This document shows, one piece after another, positions 1-9,501 of a stretch of 64,000 bases of DNA. Every line of letters begins with the position of its first letter. Positions within the stretch are counted from its first letter, which is position 1. The position numbers and the translations under genes are program-made. The stretch comes from Acidobacteriaceae bacterium. GTDB taxonomy: Bacteria; Acidobacteriota; Terriglobia; Terriglobales; Acidobacteriaceae. The stretch covers positions 570,528 through 634,527 of the forward strand of contig OZ240685.1 of NCBI GenBank assembly GCA_965199135.1, in the 5' to 3' direction. The notes beneath the pieces were generated by a model. That model saw only the letters and a list, made by a program, of their open reading frames with translations. It was not told the origin of the DNA and ran no database searches.

Positions 1-395
1 TGAAAGCCCGCAGCCGCTCTTTTCTCTTCCTGAATACGCTTCACCTGATCCGCAGAAACAAAGACTGGTGTTTCCGGCGCTTTCCTACTGAGTGCGGTCT
101 CCTGCATTTGTGCCTTGCGACGTGGCGCTCTGGCGATCCTTGGCTTTCTGGCTGGAATTGTCCGTGGAGCGAAGTCGGCAGGCGCTGGCTCCGGGCTGCT
201 CGGTTCGACTTCCCTGGCCGCTGGGACTTCTGCTTTGGTCGTGGGGACAACTAATGTAGCAGATGCGCGCACCCTACGCTGCTGGCGGGGCATTGCCTGC
301 TGCACCGCGCTGGAGTGTGTCACGAGAAGTTCGCGTGCGGTCTGAAGACGATCAAGCTGGGCGTCGATAAGTTGGATGATGTGGTTATACGGCAT
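1..395 (-). CDS. hypothetical small basic protein, C-terminus cut by the window edge; paralog of 512..775
   Basis: The frame is open from ATG at 393..395 to position 1; I checked every codon and found no stop. It is absent from the ORF track because it has no in-window stop. N-terminus is MPYNHIIQLIDAQLDRLQTARELL, followed by a Pro/Arg/Ala-rich tail. Confidence 0.45.
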   Translation of the reverse strand, partial: MPYNHIIQLIDAQLDRLQTARELLVTHSSAVQQAMPRQQRRVRASATLVVPTTKAEVPAAREVEPSSPEPAPADFAPRTIPARKPRIARAPRRKAQMQETALSRKAPETPVFVSADQVKRIQEEKRAAAGF

Positions 396-410
396 TACGG
401 CCTTATTCTA

Positions 411-425
411 ACGCGTTGTGCGCGT
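411..425. repeat. inverted repeat ACGCG-N5-CGCGT in the divergent intergenic region
   Basis: acgcgttgtgcgcgt read directly. It lies between the divergent starts at 395 and 512 in a visibly AT-richer 116-bp spacer. A related gcgcgtgttg occurs at 445..454. Confidence 0.25.
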
Positions 426-511
426 TCGTCATTATCTAAGTACAGCGCGTGTTGTTTATTTCGAGCCTTTTATTGGGTAGTGCGCTATCGTGGAAGCCGG
501 CAGGAGGCACG

Positions 512-775
512 ATGAGCTTAGAAGATATTACATCCCTGATCGACGCTGAGATCTCCCGTTTGCAACGCGCCAGAACCGTTCTATCGTCCGTACAGGATAG
601 CCCTCTAATCAAGCGGGCACTCCGTACTATCAATCCTGGCGCGACTGCGAAGCGAAGCTATAAGAAGCGCGGCTCTCTGGGTTTGACGCTCAGACCAGCC
701 GAAAAGAAAGCTGCATCTACAAAGACTGCGAAGCGCGGAATGCCGGGAAAACAGACCCCGAAAGCGCGCGGCTAG
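512..775 (+). CDS. hypothetical small basic protein (87 aa)
   Basis: ATG at 512 is preceded by AGGAGG (502..507). N-terminus MSLEDITSLIDAEISRLQRARTVL parallels the divergent ORF at 1..395, and the tail is Lys/Arg-rich. The track ORF 449..775 starts upstream, but the SD supports 512. Confidence 0.5.
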   Translation: MSLEDITSLIDAEISRLQRARTVLSSVQDSPLIKRALRTINPGATAKRSYKKRGSLGLTLRPAEKKAASTKTAKRGMPGKQTPKARG

Positions 776-844
776 GGGCGTCCATGAGGGGACAATGCTC
801 GCCTGTACGGTGCGCCGGGCTGTCTTCGCCAGCTGCTCGGCGCT

Positions 845-2041
845 TCAGCCCCCGATGTGGCCCAGAGCAATCCCCAGGACATAGGTCACCGCACCTTCCA
901 GCGCTCCAACAACAGTCATCTCGAACCCACTGCTCCACCAGGAACGGATGGTAAGGAGCGCCTTCGCTGCGCCTACGGCGAAGTGGGCAATAAGTGAGAT
1001 CACCGCGGCGATGATCACGGCAGTGAGTCCGCTGGTAAAGAAGAACGGGATAATAGGGATAAAGGCGCCGACAGCTGTCGACAGGGCACCCGACGCCGCA
1101 GACGTCCACGGCTGGCGTAAGCCGTCTTCGGTCGTGTCAAGCCGCTCTCTCGCCAATGCTTGCACGAGCCTTGTCTTGTCTTGTGCCAGATGCTCGACAA
1201 AGCGGTCCGCATCCTCTGCCGCGAGACCTCGTACCTGGTAGGTAAGCGACAACAGTTCACGGGCTTCCGATTCATTTAGCGCGACAGCTTCAGCTTCGCG
1301 GGCGTACTCTGCGTCGTAGATCTCTCGTTCACTCTTGGCTGCGAGGTAGGCGCCTGAGCCCATCGATAAGGCGCTCGCGATCATACCGGCCAGTCCTGCA
1401 ACGAGAACAAAGTGACTGTTGCCAAGCGTCGCTCCGGAAACTCCGGAAACGATACCAAAGATCGAGCCCAGACCGTCGTTTACTCCATAGATAGCGTCGC
1501 CGATCCAGCTTGCTGTCTTCGGACGACCCTTCTCGCGGGCAGCAACCAATGCGTCAAGCGCCTGTTGTGCATCGACAGGCGCAATCTCGGGCAGCGGACG
1601 ACGGTCTCGGATAAGGTTGCCGAGCACACGGTAGTGCTCCTGCTCATCTTCGATCACCTCGCGCAGGATGGCGATGCTTGGTTCGTCGCCGAGTTCTCGC
1701 AGCTGTTTCCCGTACTTAGCGACATCGCGGCTCTCATCCACTTCGAGCCTGCGCAAAGCGAGCGCGTCGCCGCCAAGCAGATTGGGCAGCGTATTCGCTT
1801 CGCCTGTGTCCGATCCTGAATAGGGTGGCAGAGAGGCGCCAAGTGCCTCGATCCGGGAAGCCCAGAGCTCGGCGTGATGCTTTTCAGCACGCGCAAGCCC
1901 CCGCAGCGCGCTACGCCTCTGCGGATCCACTTCGCGCTCTGACAAGGCAAGGTAGGTATAGTACCCACTCATCTCTGCCTGCCAGTTAGCATTCAATGCT
2001 TCCAGAATCTGGCTTGCCCTGCCGTCCACAATCATCTGCAA
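845..2041 (-). CDS. ferritin-like (erythrin/rubrerythrin-type) domain fused to a VIT1/CCC1 family iron/manganese transporter
   Basis: N-terminal diiron-type helices (AEKHHAELW, EDEQEHY). C-terminal half has GVNDGLGS and multiple TM segments typical of VIT1/CCC1. Confidence 0.85.
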   Translation of the reverse strand: MQMIVDGRASQILEALNANWQAEMSGYYTYLALSEREVDPQRRSALRGLARAEKHHAELWASRIEALGASLPPYSGSDTGEANTLPNLLGGDALALRRLEVDESRDVAKYGKQLRELGDEPSIAILREVIEDEQEHYRVLGNLIRDRRPLPEIAPVDAQQALDALVAAREKGRPKTASWIGDAIYGVNDGLGSIFGIVSGVSGATLGNSHFVLVAGLAGMIASALSMGSGAYLAAKSEREIYDAEYAREAEAVALNESEARELLSLTYQVRGLAAEDADRFVEHLAQDKTRLVQALARERLDTTEDGLRQPWTSAASGALSTAVGAFIPIIPFFFTSGLTAVIIAAVISLIAHFAVGAAKALLTIRSWWSSGFEMTVVGALEGAVTYVLGIALGHIGG

Positions 2042-2164
2042 ACCTTCAACACGACGGTCGCCTCACCGGGCTTCAGCACTCAGCCTAGAGCATACCTCTG
2101 GACTTCGCGCGCAGCAAAGTGGCCGCTCCAATAAGCGGCTCCTACCGCCAAGCCGCGTACGAGG

Positions 2165-2521
2165 TCAGGCAGACTGTATAAACAGACTGTCGCCGACTGC
2201 AAGGTGGCACCGGTCAATCTGTCCAGATGGCAACTCCAGGACCGACTTTGTTTGCCGACTCAAAGCGCCGATCCGCCACGGTTTGACGGCGCGCTCGAGC
2301 TTCAGAATGCGCTGCTTGGCATCCAGGGCGACCAGATCAATTGGGATGCGCATCCAGAAGGTATGGACACCAGAGGAGGGCTGGATCAACATGCCGTGGC
2401 CAGGTTCCAGGCTGCGGCGGCCCATCAGTCCCAGAAATCGGGTGTAGGAGGAGTCAGCGACCGCAATCTGATCGCCGATCACAGTCGCTGACTCCTTATG
2501 CGTGATCGAGATCATCCTCAT
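2165..2521 (-). CDS. DUF192 domain protein
   Basis: 118 aa with GLMGRRSL..GMLI....VHTFWMRIPIDLVALD, matching the DUF192 (COG1430) core. Start lies 9 nt after the stop of the 31-aa ORF. Confidence 0.8.
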   Translation of the reverse strand: MRMISITHKESATVIGDQIAVADSSYTRFLGLMGRRSLEPGHGMLIQPSSGVHTFWMRIPIDLVALDAKQRILKLERAVKPWRIGALSRQTKSVLELPSGQIDRCHLAVGDSLFIQSA

Positions 2522-2530
2522 CTCGATCCA

Positions 2531-2626
2531 CTAGACCGCCCTGCTCTTGCGACGTGCGATAAGCGCGGCAAGAATGACGACAAACAGGACTCCGGCAATG
2601 ATGCGAACAACGAGCGGTGAAATCAT
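2531..2626 (-). CDS. unannotated 31-aa single-pass membrane peptide
   Basis: Hand translation gives MISPLVVRIIAGVLFVVILAALIARRKSRAV. AAGGAG lies upstream of the ATG on the minus strand. Hydrophobic helix plus basic C-tail. Below the 60-aa cut-off of the ORF track. Confidence 0.45.
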   Translation of the reverse strand: MISPLVVRIIAGVLFVVILAALIARRKSRAV

Positions 2627-2762
2627 GATAGTAGGTCTCCTTAAGGTGAGTAAGTGCAGGATCTCTGGAAAGCCGGACAGCTAATGGAACGTCTCAGGGC
2701 GCGGAATCGGTTTGCCGTTTTCTTACCTGACTTCCTGAATTCAGTCAGCGTAGTGCCCCATT

Positions 2763-3665
2763 CTATTGAGTCATCCCCAGCATCCCCCTGGAGATCGAGA
2801 TGATGGCGGGCCCCAAAAGCACAATGAAGATACAGGGGAAGATGAAGAGGACCAGCGGGAACAACATTTTCACCGTAGTCTTCGCGGCCTTCTCTTCTGC
2901 AGCCTGCTTTCTCTTCAATCGCATATCGTCGGAAAACGAACTGAGTGCGCGCGCAATCGGCGTGCCGAAGCGTTCTGTCTGAATCAGCATGCCGACAAAG
3001 GCCAGCACGTCAGTCAACTTCGTCCGCTCGGCCATGCCTTTCCACGCGTCTACGCGCGGGCGCCCTGCACGCTGTTCCCGATTGATCTGGAGAAACTCCT
3101 CGTTGATCTCGGGATGGCTGTTCGCAAGCTCCTGCCCCACCCGCAACATGGCCTGATCAAGACCAAGCCCGGCATCCACGCAGATCACCAGCAGATCGAT
3201 TGAGTCGGGCATGCTCTTGCGAATCCGTTCACGCCGTCCTTTAATCTTCCTCTCCAGCCACGTGTTGGGCGCGATGTAACCAACGCCTGCCAGCACTGCG
3301 ATCCAAAGCATGGTTTTTCCCGGGATAAACGTTCCGAGGATGACACCCAGGATGGGGCACAGGATGCGGGCGGCGAAGTACACATTGATCAGGTCTTGCG
3401 ACTTCAACCCCGCACTGACGAAGCGGTCACGGAGCCTCTGATCTGTTTCCATGCCGATGCGCGAGCGCGAGGTCTGCAGGACGCGCAACAAGAGATCGCG
3501 TGTGGACGGCCCTCTCGGCTTCACCTCGATTTGTACCTGTCGCGTAATCTCGGCGACTCGACGCGTCATGTCACGGTTGCCAGACAAAGAAACGATCACG
3601 CACGCGGCGAGGCCGAAGAAGCAGAAGAGCGACGTTCCCATGGCAAAGATCAGAAGAGGGCTCAT
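2763..3665 (-). CDS. tadC: Flp pilus assembly inner-membrane platform protein TadC (T2SS F family)
   Basis: 300 aa polytopic protein with a GspF-like cytoplasmic domain (IDLLVICVDAGLGLDQAM). It follows tadB by 3 nt. Confidence 0.85.
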   Translation of the reverse strand: MSPLLIFAMGTSLFCFFGLAACVIVSLSGNRDMTRRVAEITRQVQIEVKPRGPSTRDLLLRVLQTSRSRIGMETDQRLRDRFVSAGLKSQDLINVYFAARILCPILGVILGTFIPGKTMLWIAVLAGVGYIAPNTWLERKIKGRRERIRKSMPDSIDLLVICVDAGLGLDQAMLRVGQELANSHPEINEEFLQINREQRAGRPRVDAWKGMAERTKLTDVLAFVGMLIQTERFGTPIARALSSFSDDMRLKRKQAAEEKAAKTTVKMLFPLVLFIFPCIFIVLLGPAIISISRGMLGMTQ

Positions 3666-3668
3666 GCA

Positions 3669-4640
3669 CTACACCTCGATCTTCACAATGCGCGAGATGA
3701 GAAAGCTGCCGACCGAGATCATCGCAACTCCACCATAGGTCAAATCGAGGCCGAGTGGATCATGAAAGAGAGGGGTCGTATAGCCCGGATTGATCAGGTT
3801 GATCAACACACCAAGCGCAATCGGCATGAGAGACAAGATCCAGCCGGTCAGCCTACCCTGTGCAGTCTTGGTGCGCACTTCCCCCTGGATGCGTTGACGC
3901 TCACGTAGAACATACGTGGTGCGGTCAAGGATTTCGGTAAGATTGCCGCCTGTCTCCTTCTGTACCATCATGGCGGTAATGAGTATCTGCAGGTCCTTGG
4001 AGGGGATGCGCCCTCCAAGCTGCAGCAGCGCATCGCGAAAAGGAAGGCCAAAGTTCTGCGCACGAAACACTTCAGCAAACTCCCCCGCGACTGGCTCGAT
4101 GCCCTGTTCTGCAACCACCTCGATGGCAGACGATACCGAATGCCCAGCCTTCAAGGCGCGCGATAAAAGATCGATTGACTCTGGAAGTGCCGCATCAAAC
4201 CTGCCGAGCCGCTTACTTCGCTGGAGATTCAGCAGCAAAAGGGGGCCGGCACACCCGATCAGGGGGGCGGCGAAGCCCGCGATCAGGTTCCGTGTGAAGA
4301 AATGTATGCCCACACCGCCGACCGCTGCGAACCCGACGGACTGCATCAGGAGCTTCGCGGGTGTGATATCACGATCGGCCTGACGGATCGCGAGACCGAG
4401 TTTCAGCCCCCAGGGAAAACGAAAGATGAAGCTATCGACCTGCGCGAGGTATCCTTCGCGGGTCGGCTCACGAAGTAGCTCCTCCGTCGCGGCCGCGGCA
4501 AGAATCTCGGCGTCATGCGACGGCTTCGCGATCATCATCAGGCGCTCTTCGATCACCTTTTCACGGGCTGTACGCCGAGTGAGCAAAGCAATCAGGGCAA
4601 AACTTGGAATCAGCACTGCAAGAAATACCGTGCTAAGCAC
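3669..4640 (-). CDS. tadB: Flp pilus assembly inner-membrane platform protein TadB (T2SS F family)
   Basis: 323 aa GspF-like protein (IDLLSRALKAGHSVSSAIE). It follows tadA by 1 nt. Confidence 0.85.
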   Translation of the reverse strand: MLSTVFLAVLIPSFALIALLTRRTAREKVIEERLMMIAKPSHDAEILAAAATEELLREPTREGYLAQVDSFIFRFPWGLKLGLAIRQADRDITPAKLLMQSVGFAAVGGVGIHFFTRNLIAGFAAPLIGCAGPLLLLNLQRSKRLGRFDAALPESIDLLSRALKAGHSVSSAIEVVAEQGIEPVAGEFAEVFRAQNFGLPFRDALLQLGGRIPSKDLQILITAMMVQKETGGNLTEILDRTTYVLRERQRIQGEVRTKTAQGRLTGWILSLMPIALGVLINLINPGYTTPLFHDPLGLDLTYGGVAMISVGSFLISRIVKIEV

Positions 4641-4641
4641 G

Positions 4642-5997
4642 CTACACCTCCACCGACTGCTCGAGCATTTTGAGGTCGAATGGGATGCCGGCCGCTTTTA
4701 ACTTGTCGAAAAACTTCGGCACAATACCGGTTGCGTAGAAGCGTCCTTTGTATTTTCCATTGGCGGCTATACCCTGCTTCTCGAAGAGGAAGATGTCCTG
4801 CATGCTAAGAACTTCGCCGCTCGTTCCTGTGACCTCGCTGATGTGAGTGATGCGGCGGCTTCCATCGCCGAGGCGGTGGGCCTGAATAAGGATGTGCACC
4901 GCCGAGGCAATCTGCTGCCGGATCGCTTTCTCAGGCAGTGCGATATTGCCCATCATGCACATCGTCTCGATACGAGAAATTGCATCGCGGGGCGTGTTGG
5001 CGTGGATCGTTGTGATCGAGCCATCGTGACCTGTGTTCATGGCCTGCAACATATCGAGCGCTTCTTCACCACGGATTTCGCCTAACACGATACGGTCCGG
5101 GCGCATACGCAGAGCATTGATCACAAGCTCGCGCTGTCGGATCGCGCCCTTTCCCTCTACGTTGGGCGGACGGCATTCCAGGCGGACGACATGCTCCTGC
5201 TTCAGCTGAAGTTCGGCTGAATCTTCAATCGTCACGATACGTTCCTTGTCCGAGATGAACCCTGACAGAACATTGAGGAGGGTCGTTTTCCCAGCGCCCG
5301 TACCGCCAGCCACGACGATGTTGAGCCGTGCCCGGACTGCGGCCTTCAGCAACTCCAGCATCTGGGGGCTCAGTGCGCGAAACCGAACCAGGTCGTCTGC
5401 AGTGAGCGGCGATGTCGGAAAGCGACGGATAGAAATGATCGGACCGTCCACCGCGAGTGGCGGGATGACGATATTGACGCGCGAACCATCCAGCAGGCGG
5501 GCATCTACCATCGGCGATGATTCATCCACACGCCGACCTACTGCAGAGACGATCTTGTCGATGATATGCATCAAGTGGACATTGTCTTTGAAGACGATGC
5601 TTGTTCGTTCCAGCACGCCGCGACGCTCCACATACACACAGCGATGCGTGTTGACAAGGATGTCATTCACTGTCGGGTCTTGTAGCAAAGGTTCGAGCGG
5701 GCCGAGTCCAAATACCTCGTCAAGGACTTCCTGTGCGAGCCGGTCGCGATCCATCGCGCTGAGTGGTACGCCCTGCTCGCTGAGCAGTTGCTGGATGATG
5801 CCCATCAACTGGCCGTGCGTGCCGCGCTGCCCCTGCATGACGCCAAGCTTCTCGAGGTCGACTCGCTTGATCAATTCCTGATGCACGGCTGACTTAAGCT
5901 CGTGCGACCTGCCGACTGGCAGCGACGTGGGTGCGCGCCCATCAGAAGGCCCGAGCGATGCCGGAGTGTTCATGCGAAGTATGGAATCAGTCGACAC
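4642..5997 (-). CDS. tadA: Tad secretion ATPase TadA/CpaF (VirB11/GspE superfamily)
   Basis: Walker [15 protein letters not shown] and [13 protein letters not shown] motifs are typical of CpaF. Confidence 0.95.
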   Translation of the reverse strand: MSTDSILRMNTPASLGPSDGRAPTSLPVGRSHELKSAVHQELIKRVDLEKLGVMQGQRGTHGQLMGIIQQLLSEQGVPLSAMDRDRLAQEVLDEVFGLGPLEPLLQDPTVNDILVNTHRCVYVERRGVLERTSIVFKDNVHLMHIIDKIVSAVGRRVDESSPMVDARLLDGSRVNIVIPPLAVDGPIISIRRFPTSPLTADDLVRFRALSPQMLELLKAAVRARLNIVVAGGTGAGKTTLLNVLSGFISDKERIVTIEDSAELQLKQEHVVRLECRPPNVEGKGAIRQRELVINALRMRPDRIVLGEIRGEEALDMLQAMNTGHDGSITTIHANTPRDAISRIETMCMMGNIALPEKAIRQQIASAVHILIQAHRLGDGSRRITHISEVTGTSGEVLSMQDIFLFEKQGIAANGKYKGRFYATGIVPKFFDKLKAAGIPFDLKMLEQSVEV

Positions 5998-6026
5998 TGG
6001 GTGCCTCCTCTCTGTCTATGCGGTAG

Positions 6027-7256
6027 TTACTTCCAGAATCCCAGCTTGCGTTTGCCTGTCTTTGCCACCTCGGTGGGCACTCCGAAGTGGCCTACAATCT
6101 GGGTAGCCCACTTACCCAGCTGTGTACCAAAGTCAGAGCGACGCTGCGGGGAGACAAGTTCTCCTGCATTAATCGCCTGCACCAATTCTGCATAGCTCGC
6201 AGGCAGGGAGACCGCCACTGGGAGCCGCACCGCCTTCTCGATCTGCTCCACAGTGAGGCCTTCGGAAGCGCTCTTGCGATTGATCACGATGCGAACGTGC
6301 GATGCAGCCGCTTCCGGAAGAGCCAGCTGATCCAAACGACGCGTTAGGTCACGTAGTGCAGCGATGTCTGGGGTAGCGACCAAATAGGTTTCATCGGAAA
6401 GCTGGATCATCGCGGCGGTTTCTTCATAACGCAGTGCGGAGTCAATTACGATGAAGTCATATTCGCGGCGCAGGAATTCGAAAACACGTTCCAGGTCTTC
6501 CTTGCTCGTCCTCTGCAACACCGCGCAGGTATCCGGCGAGCCGATCACAGCAAGGCCATTTGCGTGACGGTTGAGAAAGCCATTCAACAAGTCTGCATCG
6601 AGCCGGTCTGCATTGCGCACCAGCTCATCGAAGTAGTACGTGTTCGGCTTGAGCCCCAGGTAGAGACAAGCGTGACCCAACTCATGATGATGATCAATCA
6701 ACAACGTCTTTTTCCCGTGGCGCGTAACCAGGTACGAAGCCAGATGAACAGCCAGCGTCGTGGCGCCGACGCCGCCTCGCGCCCCGAAGAAGCAGAGCAC
6801 TCGCCCACGCGTGGAACGCGACTCCATGGAAGAGGCGAGCTTGCTCTCCATTCTTTCAAGCAGCGCGCGCAGCTGCTCCCGCTCGACCGGCTTCTGTAGA
6901 AACTCGCTACAGCCGGCACGCATCGCCCGCAGCAGCAGTGCTGTATCCGGCGAATTTGCGATGCCTACGCAGGTGATCTTCGGTGCAGGCAGCCGGTCGA
7001 AGATCTCCACTGTGGCGAGAGCCTTCTCAACGTCCTTCTCGAAGTCGACGAGCGCGATGCTGCCCAGCGCCTGCTTTACCGCCTGTGGGAAATGCGGTCG
7101 CCGGCCAGGGGTTACGTACTCCTGAAACTCCCCCGCGTACGTGACACCTTCAAGTGCTTCGGACAATTCCGTCGTGAGCACAGTCACGTCTGTCTCGGTG
7201 CACACGGTAAATACCGCAAGCATCGTGAAATCCGGAATGGCTTCTTCTTTAGGCAT
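6027..7256 (-). CDS. tadZ: TadZ/CpaE: atypical receiver domain fused to a MinD/ParA-type ATPase
   Basis: N-terminal CheY-like fold pattern. Deviant Walker A FFGARGGVGATTLA. Positioned between the secretin and tadA. Confidence 0.85.
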   Translation of the reverse strand: MPKEEAIPDFTMLAVFTVCTETDVTVLTTELSEALEGVTYAGEFQEYVTPGRRPHFPQAVKQALGSIALVDFEKDVEKALATVEIFDRLPAPKITCVGIANSPDTALLLRAMRAGCSEFLQKPVEREQLRALLERMESKLASSMESRSTRGRVLCFFGARGGVGATTLAVHLASYLVTRHGKKTLLIDHHHELGHACLYLGLKPNTYYFDELVRNADRLDADLLNGFLNRHANGLAVIGSPDTCAVLQRTSKEDLERVFEFLRREYDFIVIDSALRYEETAAMIQLSDETYLVATPDIAALRDLTRRLDQLALPEAAASHVRIVINRKSASEGLTVEQIEKAVRLPVAVSLPASYAELVQAINAGELVSPQRRSDFGTQLGKWATQIVGHFGVPTEVAKTGKRKLGFWK

Positions 7257-7264
7257 GATTCTAT

Positions 7265-8674
7265 CTACCGCTTCGGCCTGTTTTCTTGCTCGTCGAACTT
7301 CTTGTTGTCGAGGAAAGGTTTGGTCATAACCGGCAGCGCTGGTGAGGTCACCGAGTTGAGCGGATCCACAATCTGCGGAGTTACGATCACAATCAACTCC
7401 ACGGTGGAACCGACTTTGCTCTTTGACTTGAAGAGTTCGCCGAGGATCGGAACGCTCGCGATGCCTGGCATCCGGCTAAACTGGTCCGTGATCCGGTGAT
7501 CCAGGAGACCGGAAATCGCGAAGCTTTGCCCGTCCTTCAATTCCACTTCTGTCTGTGCACGCCGGGTGTCGATTGCTGGAATATCGTAGCCCGAGATAAC
7601 CACTTCATTCGTGTAGTCAAGTGCGCTTACTTCCGGAGCGACCTTCAAACGAATAGTGCCATCGGCATTCACGAACGGAGTGAATTCAAGCTTCACGCCA
7701 TAAGGACGAAACTGCACTGTTACCGACACTGTAGAGCCAGATCCCCCCTGCACGACGGGAAAGGGGAACTCACCACCAGAGAGGAAAGACGCCGTCTGCC
7801 CACTGAGCGAGGTAATCGTTGGCTCAGCGAGAATCTGCAGAATGGACTTCTGCTCGAGGTCCGCAATCGTCGCCCCAATATTCAGGCTGGAGTTATAGAG
7901 CAGCAGGTTGAGCGGGTTCGATACGGTCAGACTCGAAGCTGCACCGACCGCGGCGACGCCCAGGGATGAGAACTGCTGGGTGCCAACAACAGCTGTGTTA
8001 TTTCCAGCGCTCGCAAAGTTGAATCCATACTGCTCCGCCTTGCTGCGATCGATCTCCGCGATACGCACCCGGAGCTGGACCTGGCTCGTGTGCACCGGCG
8101 CAAGCCGCAGCGAGTTCACAACATCCTTCGCATAGGAGGCAGCGAGCTTACCTGCCGCGTCTGCTGTCTCCTGCGTGGCTACGACGCCGCTTAAAGTGAT
8201 GCGATCCTGCAGTGCGGTGGCTTCCACATGGTCATGCGGAAATGCATCGAGCAATGCCGCGCGCACACCCTCCGTGTCGACATCGGCGGAGACCGTATAC
8301 ACCGAACTTAGACCATTGCTGTCCCACACCACGAGAGTGCTGATCCCGGCAGCCTTGGCATTCACCAGTACTTCGCTGGGGCTTGAGGTCAGAGAGCCGA
8401 GCACCGCCGGATTGCTGATGAAAATGCGACGGATCCGGTTTGGCACATCAAGTATCAGCGCGTGACCCACTACCACATGCAGCATCTCGCTCCTGGTGCC
8501 GACATGCACGAGTGGCAATGGGCCGGAGGGCCGTGCCATGTCACCCGCAGAACGTATCTGCGCGACTCCGCTGCGGCCGCCGGCACAAAGCAGGAGGCTA
8601 AGGGCGCCAACGTACCACACAGCGTAGCGGAGCATGCCAGGAGGAGAAAGCCGGGTTCGTACCAAACTGGCCAC
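7265..8674 (-). CDS. cpaC: Tad secretin CpaC/RcpA
   Basis: 469 aa with an N-terminal signal-like segment and a C-terminal secretin domain (ILAEPTITSLSGQTASFLSGGEFP...PILGELF). GTG start shares one base with the cpaB stop. Confidence 0.9.
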   Translation of the reverse strand: MASLVRTRLSPPGMLRYAVWYVGALSLLLCAGGRSGVAQIRSAGDMARPSGPLPLVHVGTRSEMLHVVVGHALILDVPNRIRRIFISNPAVLGSLTSSPSEVLVNAKAAGISTLVVWDSNGLSSVYTVSADVDTEGVRAALLDAFPHDHVEATALQDRITLSGVVATQETADAAGKLAASYAKDVVNSLRLAPVHTSQVQLRVRIAEIDRSKAEQYGFNFASAGNNTAVVGTQQFSSLGVAAVGAASSLTVSNPLNLLLYNSSLNIGATIADLEQKSILQILAEPTITSLSGQTASFLSGGEFPFPVVQGGSGSTVSVTVQFRPYGVKLEFTPFVNADGTIRLKVAPEVSALDYTNEVVISGYDIPAIDTRRAQTEVELKDGQSFAISGLLDHRITDQFSRMPGIASVPILGELFKSKSKVGSTVELIVIVTPQIVDPLNSVTSPALPVMTKPFLDNKKFDEQENRPKR

Positions 8675-9486
8675 TAGAACTCCGCCTTTGTCGCTTTGTC
8701 GCCAGTGATGGTTTCCACTGTGTACCTGGGCGGCCGGGCGGCTGGCGCAGTGTGCATCGCGACTTCGCGCGCGGGAAGCGTTGCAGCGGGAGCAGCGCCA
8801 AACTCCGACATCTGTACCGGAGCATCCACCACCTTGTCGCGATCTGAGCCGTTGCGAAGCACAAAGTGAATGGTGCCTTGCGTGCTCGCAAGCACAACGC
8901 GCTCTGCCTCGTCTGGTGTCAGCAGCAAGGTCACGACATTCACCGTCGCAGGTTTGCCATCCGGATCGGGCTTGGTCTGGTGATCCGTCGCTAATACTTG
9001 TACGTCCTGCAAAACCGTTGCCGTCATCGTCTCAGGGCTCTTGTCGGTGCGATACGTGACGAGCACGTCGACATGCGAGCTGGGATAGAGGAAGCCACCC
9101 ACTCCAACGATGTCGTCGCTCTTGAGAGCGATCGCACGAAGGCCTGGGGGGATACGGGCGGTGAGTCCGAAGCCGCTCGCGTCGCCAAGATCCTGGTCAA
9201 TAATGGGCTGCCCTGCCTGCACCGGGTACAGAAGAGAACGGCCGACTACGTCAGACGCTTTGACATAGGCGCCGGCCAGGGGCTGCTTCGCCGGCCAATC
9301 GATAGAGCCAAGCGCGTCCGCACGCACGATCTCACCTGGCGCTAGCGGCCGAGTAGCGGATACGTAGTGGCGCACTTCAATGTGGGCCCCGGATTTCGGT
9401 GCGATCTTGCGAGCCAGGAAGATGGTGCACACCGCCGAAACAGCGAACGCAGCGAGTAGTGCGGTGATCAGGCGACGAGAGTTCAT
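8674..9486 (-). CDS. cpaB: Flp pilus assembly protein CpaB/RcpC
   Basis: N-terminal TM anchor, a SAF-like segment (PLAPGEIVRADAL) and an RcpC-type C-terminus. Located upstream of the secretin. Confidence 0.85.
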   Translation of the reverse strand: MNSRRLITALLAAFAVSAVCTIFLARKIAPKSGAHIEVRHYVSATRPLAPGEIVRADALGSIDWPAKQPLAGAYVKASDVVGRSLLYPVQAGQPIIDQDLGDASGFGLTARIPPGLRAIALKSDDIVGVGGFLYPSSHVDVLVTYRTDKSPETMTATVLQDVQVLATDHQTKPDPDGKPATVNVVTLLLTPDEAERVVLASTQGTIHFVLRNGSDRDKVVDAPVQMSEFGAAPAATLPAREVAMHTAPAARPPRYTVETITGDKATKAEF

Positions 9487-9501
9487 AGGTTCGGCCTTCT
9501 G

